DNA from: Candidatus Kaftiobacterium secundum
Lineage (GTDB): Bacteria; Sysuimicrobiota; Sysuimicrobiia; Sysuimicrobiales; Kaftiobacteriaceae
Assembly (NCBI GenBank): GCA_031459765.1
Contig: JAVKHY010000005.1
Coordinates: 4,577-68,576, forward strand
DNA: 64,000 bases
Direction of reading: 5' to 3'
Below the pieces are notes generated by a model. The model ran no database searches and had not been told where the DNA came from. It saw nothing but the letters and a program-made list of their open reading frames with translations. A program made the position numbers and the translations under genes. Positions within the stretch are counted from its first letter, which is position 1. Each line of letters starts with the position of its first letter. Shown one piece after another: positions 1-9,204 of the stretch.

Positions 1-1104
1 TTCTGCCGCGCCGTGCAGCAGTGGGTGGACCGCGGCGGATGGGTACCGGAGGTCGTCCACTGCAACGACTGGCAGACCGCCCTGCTGCCGGTGCTGCTGA
101 AGACGGAAGGCCCCGGCGGAGTAGCCACCGTGCTCACCATTCACAACCTTGCCTACCAGGGGGTGTTTCCCGCCGACCAGTTCCGCCTCACCGGGCTTCC
201 GGCATCGGTGTTCACGATCCGCGGACTCGAGTTCTGGGGGAAGGTGAATCTGCTCAAGGGCGGGCTCTACGCCGCCGACATCCTGAGCACCGTGAGCGAG
301 ACCTACGCGCGGGAGATCCAGACCGAGGAGTTTGGGGCCGGGCTGGACGGCGTGCTGCGCGACCGGGCCGGCGACCTGGTGGGCATCCTCAACGGGGTGG
401 ACTACGGGGTGTGGGATCCGTCCATAGACCCCTTCCTTCCGGCCCGGTATTCGGCCGACGACCTGAGCGGCAAGGCGGTCTGCAAGCGGGCGCTGCAGGA
501 GGAGCTGGGGCTGCCCGGGGATCCGGACCGTCCGCTGATCGGCATGGTCACCCGACTGGCGGACCAGAAAGGGCTGGACCTGGTGGCCGAGATCATGGAG
601 GAGCTGCTCGACGCCGGGATCCAGTTCGTCCTGCTCGGGACCGGAGAGCCGCGCTACCACCGGTTCTTCGAGGAGCTGCAGGCGCGCCGGCGCCGGCAGG
701 TCGCCGCGGCGCTGAGATTCGACGAGCGGCTGGCCCACCTGATCGAGGCCGGCGCCGATATCTTCCTGATGCCCTCGCGCTACGAGCCCTCGGGGCTGAA
801 CCAGCTGTACAGCCTGCGCTATGGGACCGTCCCCGTCGTGCGCAGGACCGGCGGCCTCGCCGACTCCATCGTGGACACGACGCTGCAGACGCTGCTGGCG
901 GGCACGGCCAACGGCTTCGTCTTCGAACCGTACGACGCCGGCGCGCTGGAGCAGGCCGTGCGCCGGGCCCTCGCCGCGTTCCAGGACCGCCCCACCTGGC
1001 GGAGGCTCCAGCAGCACGGCATGCGGGCAGATTTCAGTTGGGACCGCTCCGCCGCCCGCTACCTGGAGCTGTATGCCCGCGCCCGGCGGGGCCCGGCCGG
1101 GTAG
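1..1104 (+). CDS. glgA: Glycogen (starch) synthase GlgA, 5'-truncated at window edge
   Basis: ORF 13..1104 contains GT5-type glycogen synthase motifs (HCNDWQTALLPVLLK, IHNLAYQG, C-terminal GT-B region). The frame is open to the window start. Confidence 0.85.
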   Translation, partial: FCRAVQQWVDRGGWVPEVVHCNDWQTALLPVLLKTEGPGGVATVLTIHNLAYQGVFPADQFRLTGLPASVFTIRGLEFWGKVNLLKGGLYAADILSTVSETYAREIQTEEFGAGLDGVLRDRAGDLVGILNGVDYGVWDPSIDPFLPARYSADDLSGKAVCKRALQEELGLPGDPDRPLIGMVTRLADQKGLDLVAEIMEELLDAGIQFVLLGTGEPRYHRFFEELQARRRRQVAAALRFDERLAHLIEAGADIFLMPSRYEPSGLNQLYSLRYGTVPVVRRTGGLADSIVDTTLQTLLAGTANGFVFEPYDAGALEQAVRRALAAFQDRPTWRRLQQHGMRADFSWDRSAARYLELYARARRGPAG

Positions 1105-1170
1105 GTGAGAGGAGAGGCGGGGCGGAATAGATGAACTCGCGTTGCACGCTGGTCCTGACGAGGTGATCTG

Positions 1171-2196
1171 GTGCCGGAACTCCGAAAAGACCCGATCAGC
1201 CGGCGCTGGGTGATCATCGCCACCGAGCGGGCGGCCCGGCCCACCGATTTTCCCCACGAGGAGGTGGAGCCCAACGACGCCAGCCGCTGCCCCTTCTGCG
1301 AGGGACGCGAAACCCAGACGCCGCCGGAGATCTTTGCCATCCGTCGAGCCGGCACGGCACGGGATGCGCCCGGCTGGCGCGTGCGGGTCGTCCCCAACAA
1401 GTTTCCCGCGCTGCGGATCGAGGGCCGGACCGATCGGTCGCCGGTGGGCATCTACACCCGCATGGACGGCGTGGGCGCCCACGAGGTGATCATCGAGACC
1501 ACGGAGCACCACACGCACCTGGGTCTGCTGCCGGTGGACCAGGTGGCCGATGTGATCCGAGCCTACCTCCACCGCTACCGCGACCTGAAGAACGATCCCC
1601 GTTTCGAGTACGCGCTGCTCTTCCGCAACCACGGCCGCACGGCGGGAGCGTCGCTGTCCCATCCCCACTCCCAGCTCATCGCGCTGCCCATCGTCCCGAA
1701 CCGGGCGGCGCAGGAGGTGGAGGCGGCGGAGCGGTACTTCGGCCGTCACGGCCGGTGCATCTACTGCGCGATGCTGGAGCAGGAGCTGGCCGCGCGCGAG
1801 CGCGTGGTGTGGGAGAACGAGCACTTCGCGGCCATCGCGCCCTATGCCTCGCGTTTTCCCTTCGAGACCTGGCTCGTCCCCAAGGCGCACGAGGCGGACT
1901 TCGGCGCTTTGCGCCCGGAGCTCGAGGTGCCCCTGGCCGGGGCGCTGCAGGAAGCGCTGCTGCGGCTTCACCGCTGCCTGCAGAATCCGCCCTACAATTT
2001 CATCATTCACACCCTGCCCTACCGGGAGGAGACCCGCCACGCCTACCACTGGCATCTGGAGATCACCCCGCGGTTGACCCAGGTGGCCGGCTTCGAGTGG
2101 GGCTCAGGCTTCTACATCAATACGGTGGTCCCCGAGGATGCGGCGCGCTACCTGCGGGAGGTCGGCACCAACGTCGCGGTGGTGCGCGCCGGCTGA
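1171..2196 (+). CDS. GalT-like HIT-family nucleotidyltransferase (galactose-1-phosphate uridylyltransferase / possible ADP-glucose phosphorylase)
   Basis: Zinc motif CPFCEG and catalytic HPHSQ (His-Pro-His) motif typical of the GalT branch of HIT proteins. GTG start at 1171 is preceded by GAGGTGA. Confidence 0.7.
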   Translation: MPELRKDPISRRWVIIATERAARPTDFPHEEVEPNDASRCPFCEGRETQTPPEIFAIRRAGTARDAPGWRVRVVPNKFPALRIEGRTDRSPVGIYTRMDGVGAHEVIIETTEHHTHLGLLPVDQVADVIRAYLHRYRDLKNDPRFEYALLFRNHGRTAGASLSHPHSQLIALPIVPNRAAQEVEAAERYFGRHGRCIYCAMLEQELAARERVVWENEHFAAIAPYASRFPFETWLVPKAHEADFGALRPELEVPLAGALQEALLRLHRCLQNPPYNFIIHTLPYREETRHAYHWHLEITPRLTQVAGFEWGSGFYINTVVPEDAARYLREVGTNVAVVRAG

Positions 2197-2205
2197 GGAC
2201 GCCCG

Positions 2206-2925
2206 ATGAGGGCGGCGCTGTTCGTCACCTGTCTCGTCGACCAGCTCTTCCCCCGGACCGGCCGGGCCGCCGAGGATCTCCTCCGGCATCTGGGAGTGAC
2301 CGTGGAGTTTCCTCCCGGGCAGACCTGCTGCGGGCAGGTGGCCTTCAACGACGGCTTCTGGAGCGAGGCCCGGCCGCTGGCCCGCAGGCTGCTCGGGGTC
2401 TTCGACCACGCCGACGCGGTCGTCGCCCCCAGCGCTTCCTGTGTGGCGATGATCCGGGAGTTCTACCCCATTCTGCTGCGGGACGATCCGGCCCGGGCGG
2501 CGCAGGCCCGCGAGGTGGGGCGACGCACCTACGAGCTGACCGAGTTCCTGGTGGACGTGCTGGGTGTCGTTGCGGTGGGGGCGCATTTCCCCCACCGGGT
2601 GGCCTACCACCCGGCCTGCCACGGCCTGCGCCTGCTGGGGCTGCGGGAGCAGCCGCTGCGGCTGCTGCGCCACGTCCGGGAACTGGATCTCCGACCCCTT
2701 GTCGGGGCCGAGGAGTGCTGCGGATTCGGCGGGATGTTCGCCCTAAAGTTCGCCGAACTCTCCGCGGCGATGCTGGAGACGAAGCTCCGGGCCATCGAGG
2801 CCAGCGGCGCGGAGTTCGTCACCGCGACCGACGTCAGCTGTCTCATGCACATCGACGGCGGGCTGCGCCGCCGGCGGAGCGCCGTCGGGACTATCCCCAT
2901 CGCAGAGATCCTGGCCGCCCGGTGA
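2206..2925 (+). CDS. lutA: Lactate utilization protein A (Fe-S oxidoreductase, CCG-domain)
   Basis: Cys-rich CCG-domain repeats (QTCCGQ, ECCGFGG). It directly precedes LutB and LutC homologs. Confidence 0.8.
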   Translation: MRAALFVTCLVDQLFPRTGRAAEDLLRHLGVTVEFPPGQTCCGQVAFNDGFWSEARPLARRLLGVFDHADAVVAPSASCVAMIREFYPILLRDDPARAAQAREVGRRTYELTEFLVDVLGVVAVGAHFPHRVAYHPACHGLRLLGLREQPLRLLRHVRELDLRPLVGAEECCGFGGMFALKFAELSAAMLETKLRAIEASGAEFVTATDVSCLMHIDGGLRRRRSAVGTIPIAEILAAR

Positions 2926-4331
2926 AGACGCCCCGGGGCGCCGCCCCCGAGCCCGGCCGCCCCATCGATTTTGTCCGCAACGCCCGCCTGGCGCTGGGGG
3001 ATCCGTTCCTCCGGGCCGCCCTGCGCGCGACGATGGTGCGCTTCCGCGACCGGCAGGCCGCCGTGATCGCCGAGGTGCCGGAGTGGCAGGCCCTGCGCGA
3101 CTACGCCTGCGCGGTGAAGCGGCACACCCTCGGCCGGCTCGACCAGTATCTGGAGCAGCTCGAAGCCCAGGTCGCCCTGCGGGGCGGGCACGTCCACTGG
3201 GCGCGGGACGGGGCCGAGGCGGCCGGGATCATCGCCCGCCTGGCGCGGGGCCGCCGGGTCGTGAAGAGCAAGTCCATGACCTCCGAGGAGATCGGCCTCA
3301 ACGAGGCGCTGGCCTCCGCGGGCTGCGAGGTGACGGAAACCGACCTGGGGGAGTACCTGCTCCAGCTGGCCGGCGAAGCGCCCTCCCACCTCATCGCGCC
3401 CATTGTGCACCGGTCGAAGGAGTTCATCGCCGCGCTGCTCTCCGCGGCCGCCGGGAGGCCGCTGCCCGCGGAGCCCGAACGGCTGACGGCGGTGGCCCGC
3501 GAGCTGCTGCGCCGCCGCTTCCTCGAAGCCGAAGTCGGGATCACCGGCGCCAACTTCCTCGTGGCCGAGACCGGCACCGTCGTGCTCGTCGAGAACGAAG
3601 GGAACATCCGCCTGACCACGACGATCCCGCGGGTGCACATTGCGCTGGCCGGCGTGGAGAAGGTCATCCCGCGCCTGGCCGATCTGGCGGTCTTCCTCAC
3701 CCTCCTGCCCCGCGCCGCCACCGGGCAGCGCATGAGCAGCTACGTCTCGCTGCTCACCGGGCCGCGGCGTTCCGGGGAAAGGGACGGTCCGGAGGAGTTC
3801 CACCTCGTCCTGGTGGACAACGGGCGGACGGCCGTTCACGGCGACGAGACTATGCGGGAGGTCCTGGCCTGCATCCGCTGCGGGGCCTGCCTGGATGTCT
3901 GCCCGGTCTTCGAGCGGGTCGGCGGGCACGCCTACGGCTCGGTGTACTCCGGACCGATCGGCGCGGTCCTCACCCCGCTGCTGCAGGGTCTGACGGTGGC
4001 CGGGGACCTCCCCTTCGCCTCGTCGCTGTGCGGGGCCTGCGGGGAGGTCTGCCCGGTGAAGATCGACCTGCCCCGGCTGCTGCTGGAGCTCAGGGCGCGC
4101 GTGGTCCGCTCCCGCGGGGCGCCCCTGGGCGAGCGGCTGTTCCTCCGGGCGTGGACGTGGGTGATGGGCTCGGCGGTCCGGCTCACCTTGGCCGGAAGCC
4201 TGGTCCGCCTGGCGCGGGGTCTCGTCGGCCCCAGGCCGCGGTGGTTGCCCGCTCCTCTGTCCCGGTGGATCGCCTTCCGCGACCTCCCGCCGGCCGCGCC
4301 CGCCGCCTTTCGCCGGGGGCGACGGCGATGA
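2922..4331 (+). CDS. lutB: Lactate utilization protein B (4Fe-4S ferredoxin-type)
   Basis: Two CxxCxxCxxxCP 4Fe-4S motifs (CIRCGACLDVCP, CGACGEVCP). GTG at 2922 overlaps the lutA stop (GTGA). Confidence 0.8.
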   Translation: MKTPRGAAPEPGRPIDFVRNARLALGDPFLRAALRATMVRFRDRQAAVIAEVPEWQALRDYACAVKRHTLGRLDQYLEQLEAQVALRGGHVHWARDGAEAAGIIARLARGRRVVKSKSMTSEEIGLNEALASAGCEVTETDLGEYLLQLAGEAPSHLIAPIVHRSKEFIAALLSAAAGRPLPAEPERLTAVARELLRRRFLEAEVGITGANFLVAETGTVVLVENEGNIRLTTTIPRVHIALAGVEKVIPRLADLAVFLTLLPRAATGQRMSSYVSLLTGPRRSGERDGPEEFHLVLVDNGRTAVHGDETMREVLACIRCGACLDVCPVFERVGGHAYGSVYSGPIGAVLTPLLQGLTVAGDLPFASSLCGACGEVCPVKIDLPRLLLELRARVVRSRGAPLGERLFLRAWTWVMGSAVRLTLAGSLVRLARGLVGPRPRWLPAPLSRWIAFRDLPPAAPAAFRRGRRR

Positions 4332-4930
4332 ACGCGCGCGACGAGATCCTGGGACGGCTGAGGCGCGCCGGATTCGACGCTCCCCTGCCGGCCGTGCCGG
4401 CCCGCCGGGTCGGACCCGGCGGCGCCGACGCCGCCGAGCGCTTTATGGAGCGGGCCCGCGCCGCGGACATCGACGTTGTGCGCGTCCCCGACCTCGGGTC
4501 GCTGCCGGAGCAAGTGGGGAGGGTGCTGGCGAGGGCGGGAGCGCGCACGGTGACGATGTGGGACGATCCCCTCCTCCGGCCGGTCGCGGATGCGCTACGG
4601 CGGGAGGGTCTGGTGATCACCGACGACCCCGCCCAGGCCGACGCGGGGATCACCACGGTCGATGCGGCGGTGGCCGAGACCGCCACCCTGGCCCTCGGCG
4701 CCGGTCCCGGACGCCCCGGGAGCGTTTCGCTCCTTCCGCCGCTGCACCTGGCGGTGCTGCCGGAAGGGCGCATCGTCGCCACCGTGTCCGAGTTGTGGCC
4801 GTCTGTGAACGGGCCGCCCTCCGCGCTGTGGCTCATCACCGGTCCCAGCCGTACCGCCGACATCGAGCACACCCCGGTGCGCGGCGCCCATGGTCCGGTG
4901 GCGGTGACCGTCTTTCTGGTGGGGATATAA
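4328..4930 (+). CDS. lutC: Lactate utilization protein C (LutC/YkgG family)
   Basis: About 200-aa LUD-domain protein starting at ATG 4328, which overlaps the lutB stop. It is third in a lutABC arrangement. Confidence 0.7.
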   Translation: MNARDEILGRLRRAGFDAPLPAVPARRVGPGGADAAERFMERARAADIDVVRVPDLGSLPEQVGRVLARAGARTVTMWDDPLLRPVADALRREGLVITDDPAQADAGITTVDAAVAETATLALGAGPGRPGSVSLLPPLHLAVLPEGRIVATVSELWPSVNGPPSALWLITGPSRTADIEHTPVRGAHGPVAVTVFLVGI

Positions 4931-4931
4931 T
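4926..4931 (+). promoter_or_regulatory. TATAAT -10 box 6 nt upstream of the glcD ATG (candidate leaderless promoter)
   Basis: Isolated TATAAT in a 70% GC context. The ATG at 4938 falls at the predicted transcription start. Confidence 0.4.
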
Positions 4932-4937
4932 CCGGGT

Positions 4938-6401
4938 ATGACGACGAAGATTGACCGTGGGACGCTCGTTTCGCGCCTGCGGGAAATCGTCGGCCCCGCG
5001 CAGGTGCTTGCCCGTCCCGAGGACCTCGTCGTCTACGAGCAGGACGCCTGCCTGGTCGCCCGGGCCGCTCCCGACCTCGCCGTGCTGCCCGACTCCGCCG
5101 ATCAGGTCGCCGGGATCGTCGCGCTGGCCCGCCGGGCGGGGATACCGCTGGTCCCGCGGGGGGCGGGGACCGGTCTCAACGGCGGGTCCATCCCCGTCGC
5201 CGGGGGGGTGATGCTGGTCCTGACACGGATGAACCGCATCCTCGAGCTCAGTCCCCGCGACCGGCTGGCCGTGGTCGAGCCCGGTGTCGTGAACGGAGAT
5301 CTGACCGTTGCCGCCTCCCGCCACGGGCTCTTCTACGCGCCCGACCCGGGGAGCCAGGGTGCCAGCACCATCGGCGGCAACGTGGGCAACAACGCCGGCG
5401 GGCCGCACTGTCTGGCCTACGGAGTGACGGGCAACCATGTCCTCGAGCTGGAGGTGGTGTTGCCGTCGGGGGAGATCGTCGTTGTCGGCAGTCCGGCCGT
5501 CGATGCCCCGGGTTACGATCTCGCCGGACTGCTCGTCGGATCCGAGGGCACCCTCGGCATCATCACGCGGATCACGGTGCGGTTGCTGCGATCTGCCGAG
5601 GCCGCGGGCACCCTGCTGGCGGCCTTCGACACCATCGAGGACGCCTCCCAGACGGTCTCCGAGATCATCGCCGCCGGCATCGTGCCCACGGCGATGGAGA
5701 TGATCGACGGGACGGTGATCCGGGCCGTGGAAGCGGCGATCCGCGCCGGCTATCCCGAAGATGCCGGCGCGGTGCTGCTCATCGATGTGGAGGGTCACGT
5801 CGAGGTCGTACCCCGAACCCTGGCCCGCATCCGGGAGATCGCCGCACGCCACGCCCCCCGCCAGCTCAGGGCGGCAGAGACGCCTGACGACCGCGAGCGG
5901 CTCTGGAAAGGGCGCAAGGAAGGCGTCGGAGCTCTGGGACGATTGGCGCCGGCCTACTATCTCCAGGACGGGGTGGTGCCGCGGACGCGGCTGCCCGAGG
6001 TGATGCGGCGCGTCGCGGAGATCGCCCGCGCCTTTGACCTGGTGATCGGCAACATCTTCCACGCCGGAGACGGCAACCTGCATCCCACGATCCTCTTCGA
6101 CCCGACACGCCCCGGCATGCTGGAGCAGGTCATCGCCGCCGGGGAGGAGATCCTCAAGGCCTGCGTGGCCTGTGGCGGATCCATCACGGGGGAACACGGG
6201 GTCGGCATCGAGAAGCGGGACTACATGCGGTGGCTCTTCACCGACGCGGACCTGGAGGCGATGGGCAGGGTCAAGGCCGCGTTTGATCCGGAGGGCCTGC
6301 TGAATCCCGAGAAGCTCCTGCCCCCGCCGGCGGCCGCCTCGTCCCCCGGCCGTGCGGCTTCCGAGGCCTCCGGGCGCCCGCAGGCCGCAGGATGGAGCTA
6401 G
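4938..6401 (+). CDS. glcD: Glycolate oxidase / D-lactate dehydrogenase FAD-binding subunit GlcD
   Basis: FAD-binding PCMH domain (PRGAGTGLNGG) and a C-terminal FAD-oxidase domain. Confidence 0.85.
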   Translation: MTTKIDRGTLVSRLREIVGPAQVLARPEDLVVYEQDACLVARAAPDLAVLPDSADQVAGIVALARRAGIPLVPRGAGTGLNGGSIPVAGGVMLVLTRMNRILELSPRDRLAVVEPGVVNGDLTVAASRHGLFYAPDPGSQGASTIGGNVGNNAGGPHCLAYGVTGNHVLELEVVLPSGEIVVVGSPAVDAPGYDLAGLLVGSEGTLGIITRITVRLLRSAEAAGTLLAAFDTIEDASQTVSEIIAAGIVPTAMEMIDGTVIRAVEAAIRAGYPEDAGAVLLIDVEGHVEVVPRTLARIREIAARHAPRQLRAAETPDDRERLWKGRKEGVGALGRLAPAYYLQDGVVPRTRLPEVMRRVAEIARAFDLVIGNIFHAGDGNLHPTILFDPTRPGMLEQVIAAGEEILKACVACGGSITGEHGVGIEKRDYMRWLFTDADLEAMGRVKAAFDPEGLLNPEKLLPPPAAASSPGRAASEASGRPQAAGWS

Positions 6402-6405
6402 GTCC

Positions 6406-7845
6406 GTGGACAGGCAGGCGCTGATCGCCGAACTGAGAGGGATCGTCGGCGACGGACACGTCCTCACCGACGACGTCGATCTCATCGTGTACGAGCAGGA
6501 CGGCTCCGTCCTCCAGGCCGTGCCGGAGATCGTCGTGCTGCCCGCCGACACCCCGCAGGTCGCCGCGGTGATCCGGGCCGCCGCGCGCGCCGGCGTCCCG
6601 GTCGTCCCCCGGGGCTCGGGGACGGGGCTGGCAGGCGGCGCAGTGCCCGCCGGGGGAGGCGTCGTGGTCTCCCTCGCCCGCCTGAACCGGGTCCGCGACG
6701 TCTCCTACCGCGACCGCACGGTGGAGGTCGAACCCGGCGTCATCAACCTGGACGTGACGAAGGCCGTGGCCAAGGCGGGGTTCTTCTACGCTCCCGACCC
6801 CAGCAGCCAGGCGGCCTGCTCCATCGGGGGCAACCTGGCCAACAACTCCGGCGGACCGCACACCCTGGCCTACGGGGTGACCACCAACCACACCCTGGGG
6901 ATGGAGGTGGTGCGGGGCGACGGCTCGGTGGTGTGGCTGGGCGGCGTTGTGCCCGATACGCCGGGCTACGACCTCTGCGGCCTCTTCGTCGGGTCGGAAG
7001 GCACCCTGGGCATCGTCACCCGCGCCGTGGTCCGGTTGATGCGCGTCCGGGAACAGGTGGGGACGCTGCTCGCCGTCTTCGACCGCATGGATGACGCCAC
7101 GCAGGCGGTCGTGGAGATCACCGCCGCCGGCATCGTTCCCGCGGCGTTGGAGATGATGGACCGCACGACCATCGAGGCGGTGGAGCGGGGAAGTCCCGTC
7201 GGTCTGCCGCGCGATGCCGACGCCGTGCTGCTGGTCGAGGTGGAAGGGGTACAGGAGCACACCGAGCGGGTGATGCGCCTGGCGCGGGAGATCTGCCATC
7301 GGGCCGGCGCCCGGGCGGTGCGGACGGCGAAGGACGAGCCAGAGCGCGCCGCGCTGTGGAGAGGCCGCAAGGGCGCCTTCGGCGCCCTGGGCACCCTGGC
7401 CCCGAACTACTACGTGATGGACGGAGTCGTTCCGCGCAGCCGGCTGCCGGACGCGATGCGGGCCGTGGCCGAAATCAGCCGGCGCTTCGGCGTCCGCGTG
7501 GCCAACGTCTTCCACGCCGGGGACGGCAATCTCCATCCCAACATCCTCTTCGACCTCAGGGTGCCGGGCGAGCTGGAGCGCGTCCTCGCCGCCGGGGCAG
7601 AGATCCTCAAGGCCTGTGTGGCCATGGGCGGCAGTCTCACCGGCGAGCACGGCATCGGTCTGGAGAAACGGGAGTACATGGGGTGGGTGTTCACGCCGGC
7701 AGACCTGGAGGCGATGGCCCGGGTGCGGGCGGCGTTCGATCCGGATCGCAGGTTCAACCCGGGAAAGATCTTCCCCACCCCCGCGGCGTGCGGGGAGGCG
7801 ACCCGGCGGATGCCGGCCAGGATCCCGGAGGGGGTGTGGGTGTAG
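6406..7845 (+). CDS. Second GlcD-like FAD-linked oxidase (paralog)
   Basis: Same architecture as the upstream GlcD (PRGSGTGLAGG). GTG start at 6406 follows the upstream stop. Confidence 0.8.
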   Translation: MDRQALIAELRGIVGDGHVLTDDVDLIVYEQDGSVLQAVPEIVVLPADTPQVAAVIRAAARAGVPVVPRGSGTGLAGGAVPAGGGVVVSLARLNRVRDVSYRDRTVEVEPGVINLDVTKAVAKAGFFYAPDPSSQAACSIGGNLANNSGGPHTLAYGVTTNHTLGMEVVRGDGSVVWLGGVVPDTPGYDLCGLFVGSEGTLGIVTRAVVRLMRVREQVGTLLAVFDRMDDATQAVVEITAAGIVPAALEMMDRTTIEAVERGSPVGLPRDADAVLLVEVEGVQEHTERVMRLAREICHRAGARAVRTAKDEPERAALWRGRKGAFGALGTLAPNYYVMDGVVPRSRLPDAMRAVAEISRRFGVRVANVFHAGDGNLHPNILFDLRVPGELERVLAAGAEILKACVAMGGSLTGEHGIGLEKREYMGWVFTPADLEAMARVRAAFDPDRRFNPGKIFPTPAACGEATRRMPARIPEGVWV

Positions 7846-7848
7846 ACC

Positions 7849-9204
7849 ATGGAAACCGCGGTCGGCGCCACCCACCTCCCCCTGCCCCGTCCGGCGGCGC
7901 GGGGACGTTCCCTTCCCGCGCTGCTCATCCCCGAACTGGACCAGTGCGTGCACTGCGGGCTCTGTCTCCCCCAGTGCCCGACCTACCGTGTCACCGCCCT
8001 GGAGACGGAATCTCCTCGGGGGCGCATCCACCTGGTGCGCGCCGCCGGCGAGGGGCGGATCGCGCCGGGCGCACGCTTCGCCGAGCACATCTACCTGTGC
8101 CTGATGTGCCGGGCCTGCGAAACGGCCTGTCCCTCCGGGGTGAAGTATGGGCGGATCGCCGAGGCGGCGCGGGCCGTGCTGGGTCCGCCCGGTTCGCCCC
8201 TCGGTCGGGCGACGGTCTCACTGGTCCTCCGGCAGGTCTTCCCCTTCCCACGGCGCCTGCGGTTGCTGGCCCGCCTGCTGCGCTTCTACCAGCGCTCGGG
8301 GCTGCGGGCGCTGGCGCGGCTGTTACCGGGGCGGCTGCGTCAGGCCGAGGCGTTGCTGCCGCCGATTCCCGCGGAGTTCTTCACCCCCGAGGCCGAGGTG
8401 CTGCCGGCGTTGGGCCCGCGGCGGGCCCGGATCGGCCTGCTCCAGGGGTGTGTCATGCCCCTGCTGTTCGGCGCGGTGAACGCCGCCACCGTCCGCGTCC
8501 TGCGGCGCAACGGCTGCGAGGTCGTCATCCCCGGGGCGCAGGGCTGCTGCGGCGCGCTCAACCTCCACAACGGCGAGACCGTGGCGATGAAGGCGATGGC
8601 CCGGCGGAACATCGACGTCTTCCTGAATGCCCGCGTGGACGCGGTCGTCGTCAACGCCGCAGGCTGCGGCGCGGCGATGAAAGAGTACGGTCATCTCCTT
8701 CGGGACGATCCCGCGTACGCGGAGAAGGCGGCGCAGTTCTCCCGGCTTGTTCAGGACGCCTCGGAGTTCCTGGCGGACCTGGGCCTGGTCGGGCCGCTCG
8801 GGCCGGTGCCCCTGACCGTCACCTATCAGGATCCCTGTCATCTGGCCCACGGCCAGAAGGTCCGGGCGCAGCCGCGGCGGTTGTTGACCGCGATCCCGGG
8901 CCTGCGCCTGGTGGAGATGGAGGCCTCCGACCGGTGCTGCGGCAGCGCTGGCATCTACAACGTCACCCACGCCGCGATGTCCGGCGCGCTGCTGGAGGAG
9001 AAACTGGTCTCCATCGAGCGCACCGGGGCGGAGGCGGTCGTCGCTCCCAATCCCGGCTGCATGGTGCAGCTGCTCTCCGGTGTGCGGCGCCGAGGCCTGA
9101 AGATGCCCGTCTACCACCTCCTGGATCTTCTGGACCGCGCCTATGAAACCGCCGGCGCCGCCGCTGCGGACGGGGCCGGGGGGACGACCGGGAGCGCGCC
9201 GTGA
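7849..9204 (+). CDS. glcF: Glycolate oxidase iron-sulfur subunit GlcF
   Basis: Two 4Fe-4S motifs (CVHCGLCLPQCP, CLMCRACETACP) plus two CCG cysteine-rich domains. Confidence 0.85.
   Translation: METAVGATHLPLPRPAARGRSLPALLIPELDQCVHCGLCLPQCPTYRVTALETESPRGRIHLVRAAGEGRIAPGARFAEHIYLCLMCRACETACPSGVKYGRIAEAARAVLGPPGSPLGRATVSLVLRQVFPFPRRLRLLARLLRFYQRSGLRALARLLPGRLRQAEALLPPIPAEFFTPEAEVLPALGPRRARIGLLQGCVMPLLFGAVNAATVRVLRRNGCEVVIPGAQGCCGALNLHNGETVAMKAMARRNIDVFLNARVDAVVVNAAGCGAAMKEYGHLLRDDPAYAEKAAQFSRLVQDASEFLADLGLVGPLGPVPLTVTYQDPCHLAHGQKVRAQPRRLLTAIPGLRLVEMEASDRCCGSAGIYNVTHAAMSGALLEEKLVSIERTGAEAVVAPNPGCMVQLLSGVRRRGLKMPVYHLLDLLDRAYETAGAAAADGAGGTTGSAP

Noticed and set aside
2604-3929. Long minus-strand ORF (441 aa) antisense to lutA/lutB
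   Set aside because: It is low-complexity and Arg/Gly/Pro-rich, which is typical of antisense frames in 70% GC DNA. The plus-strand frame has clear LutB Fe-S motifs.
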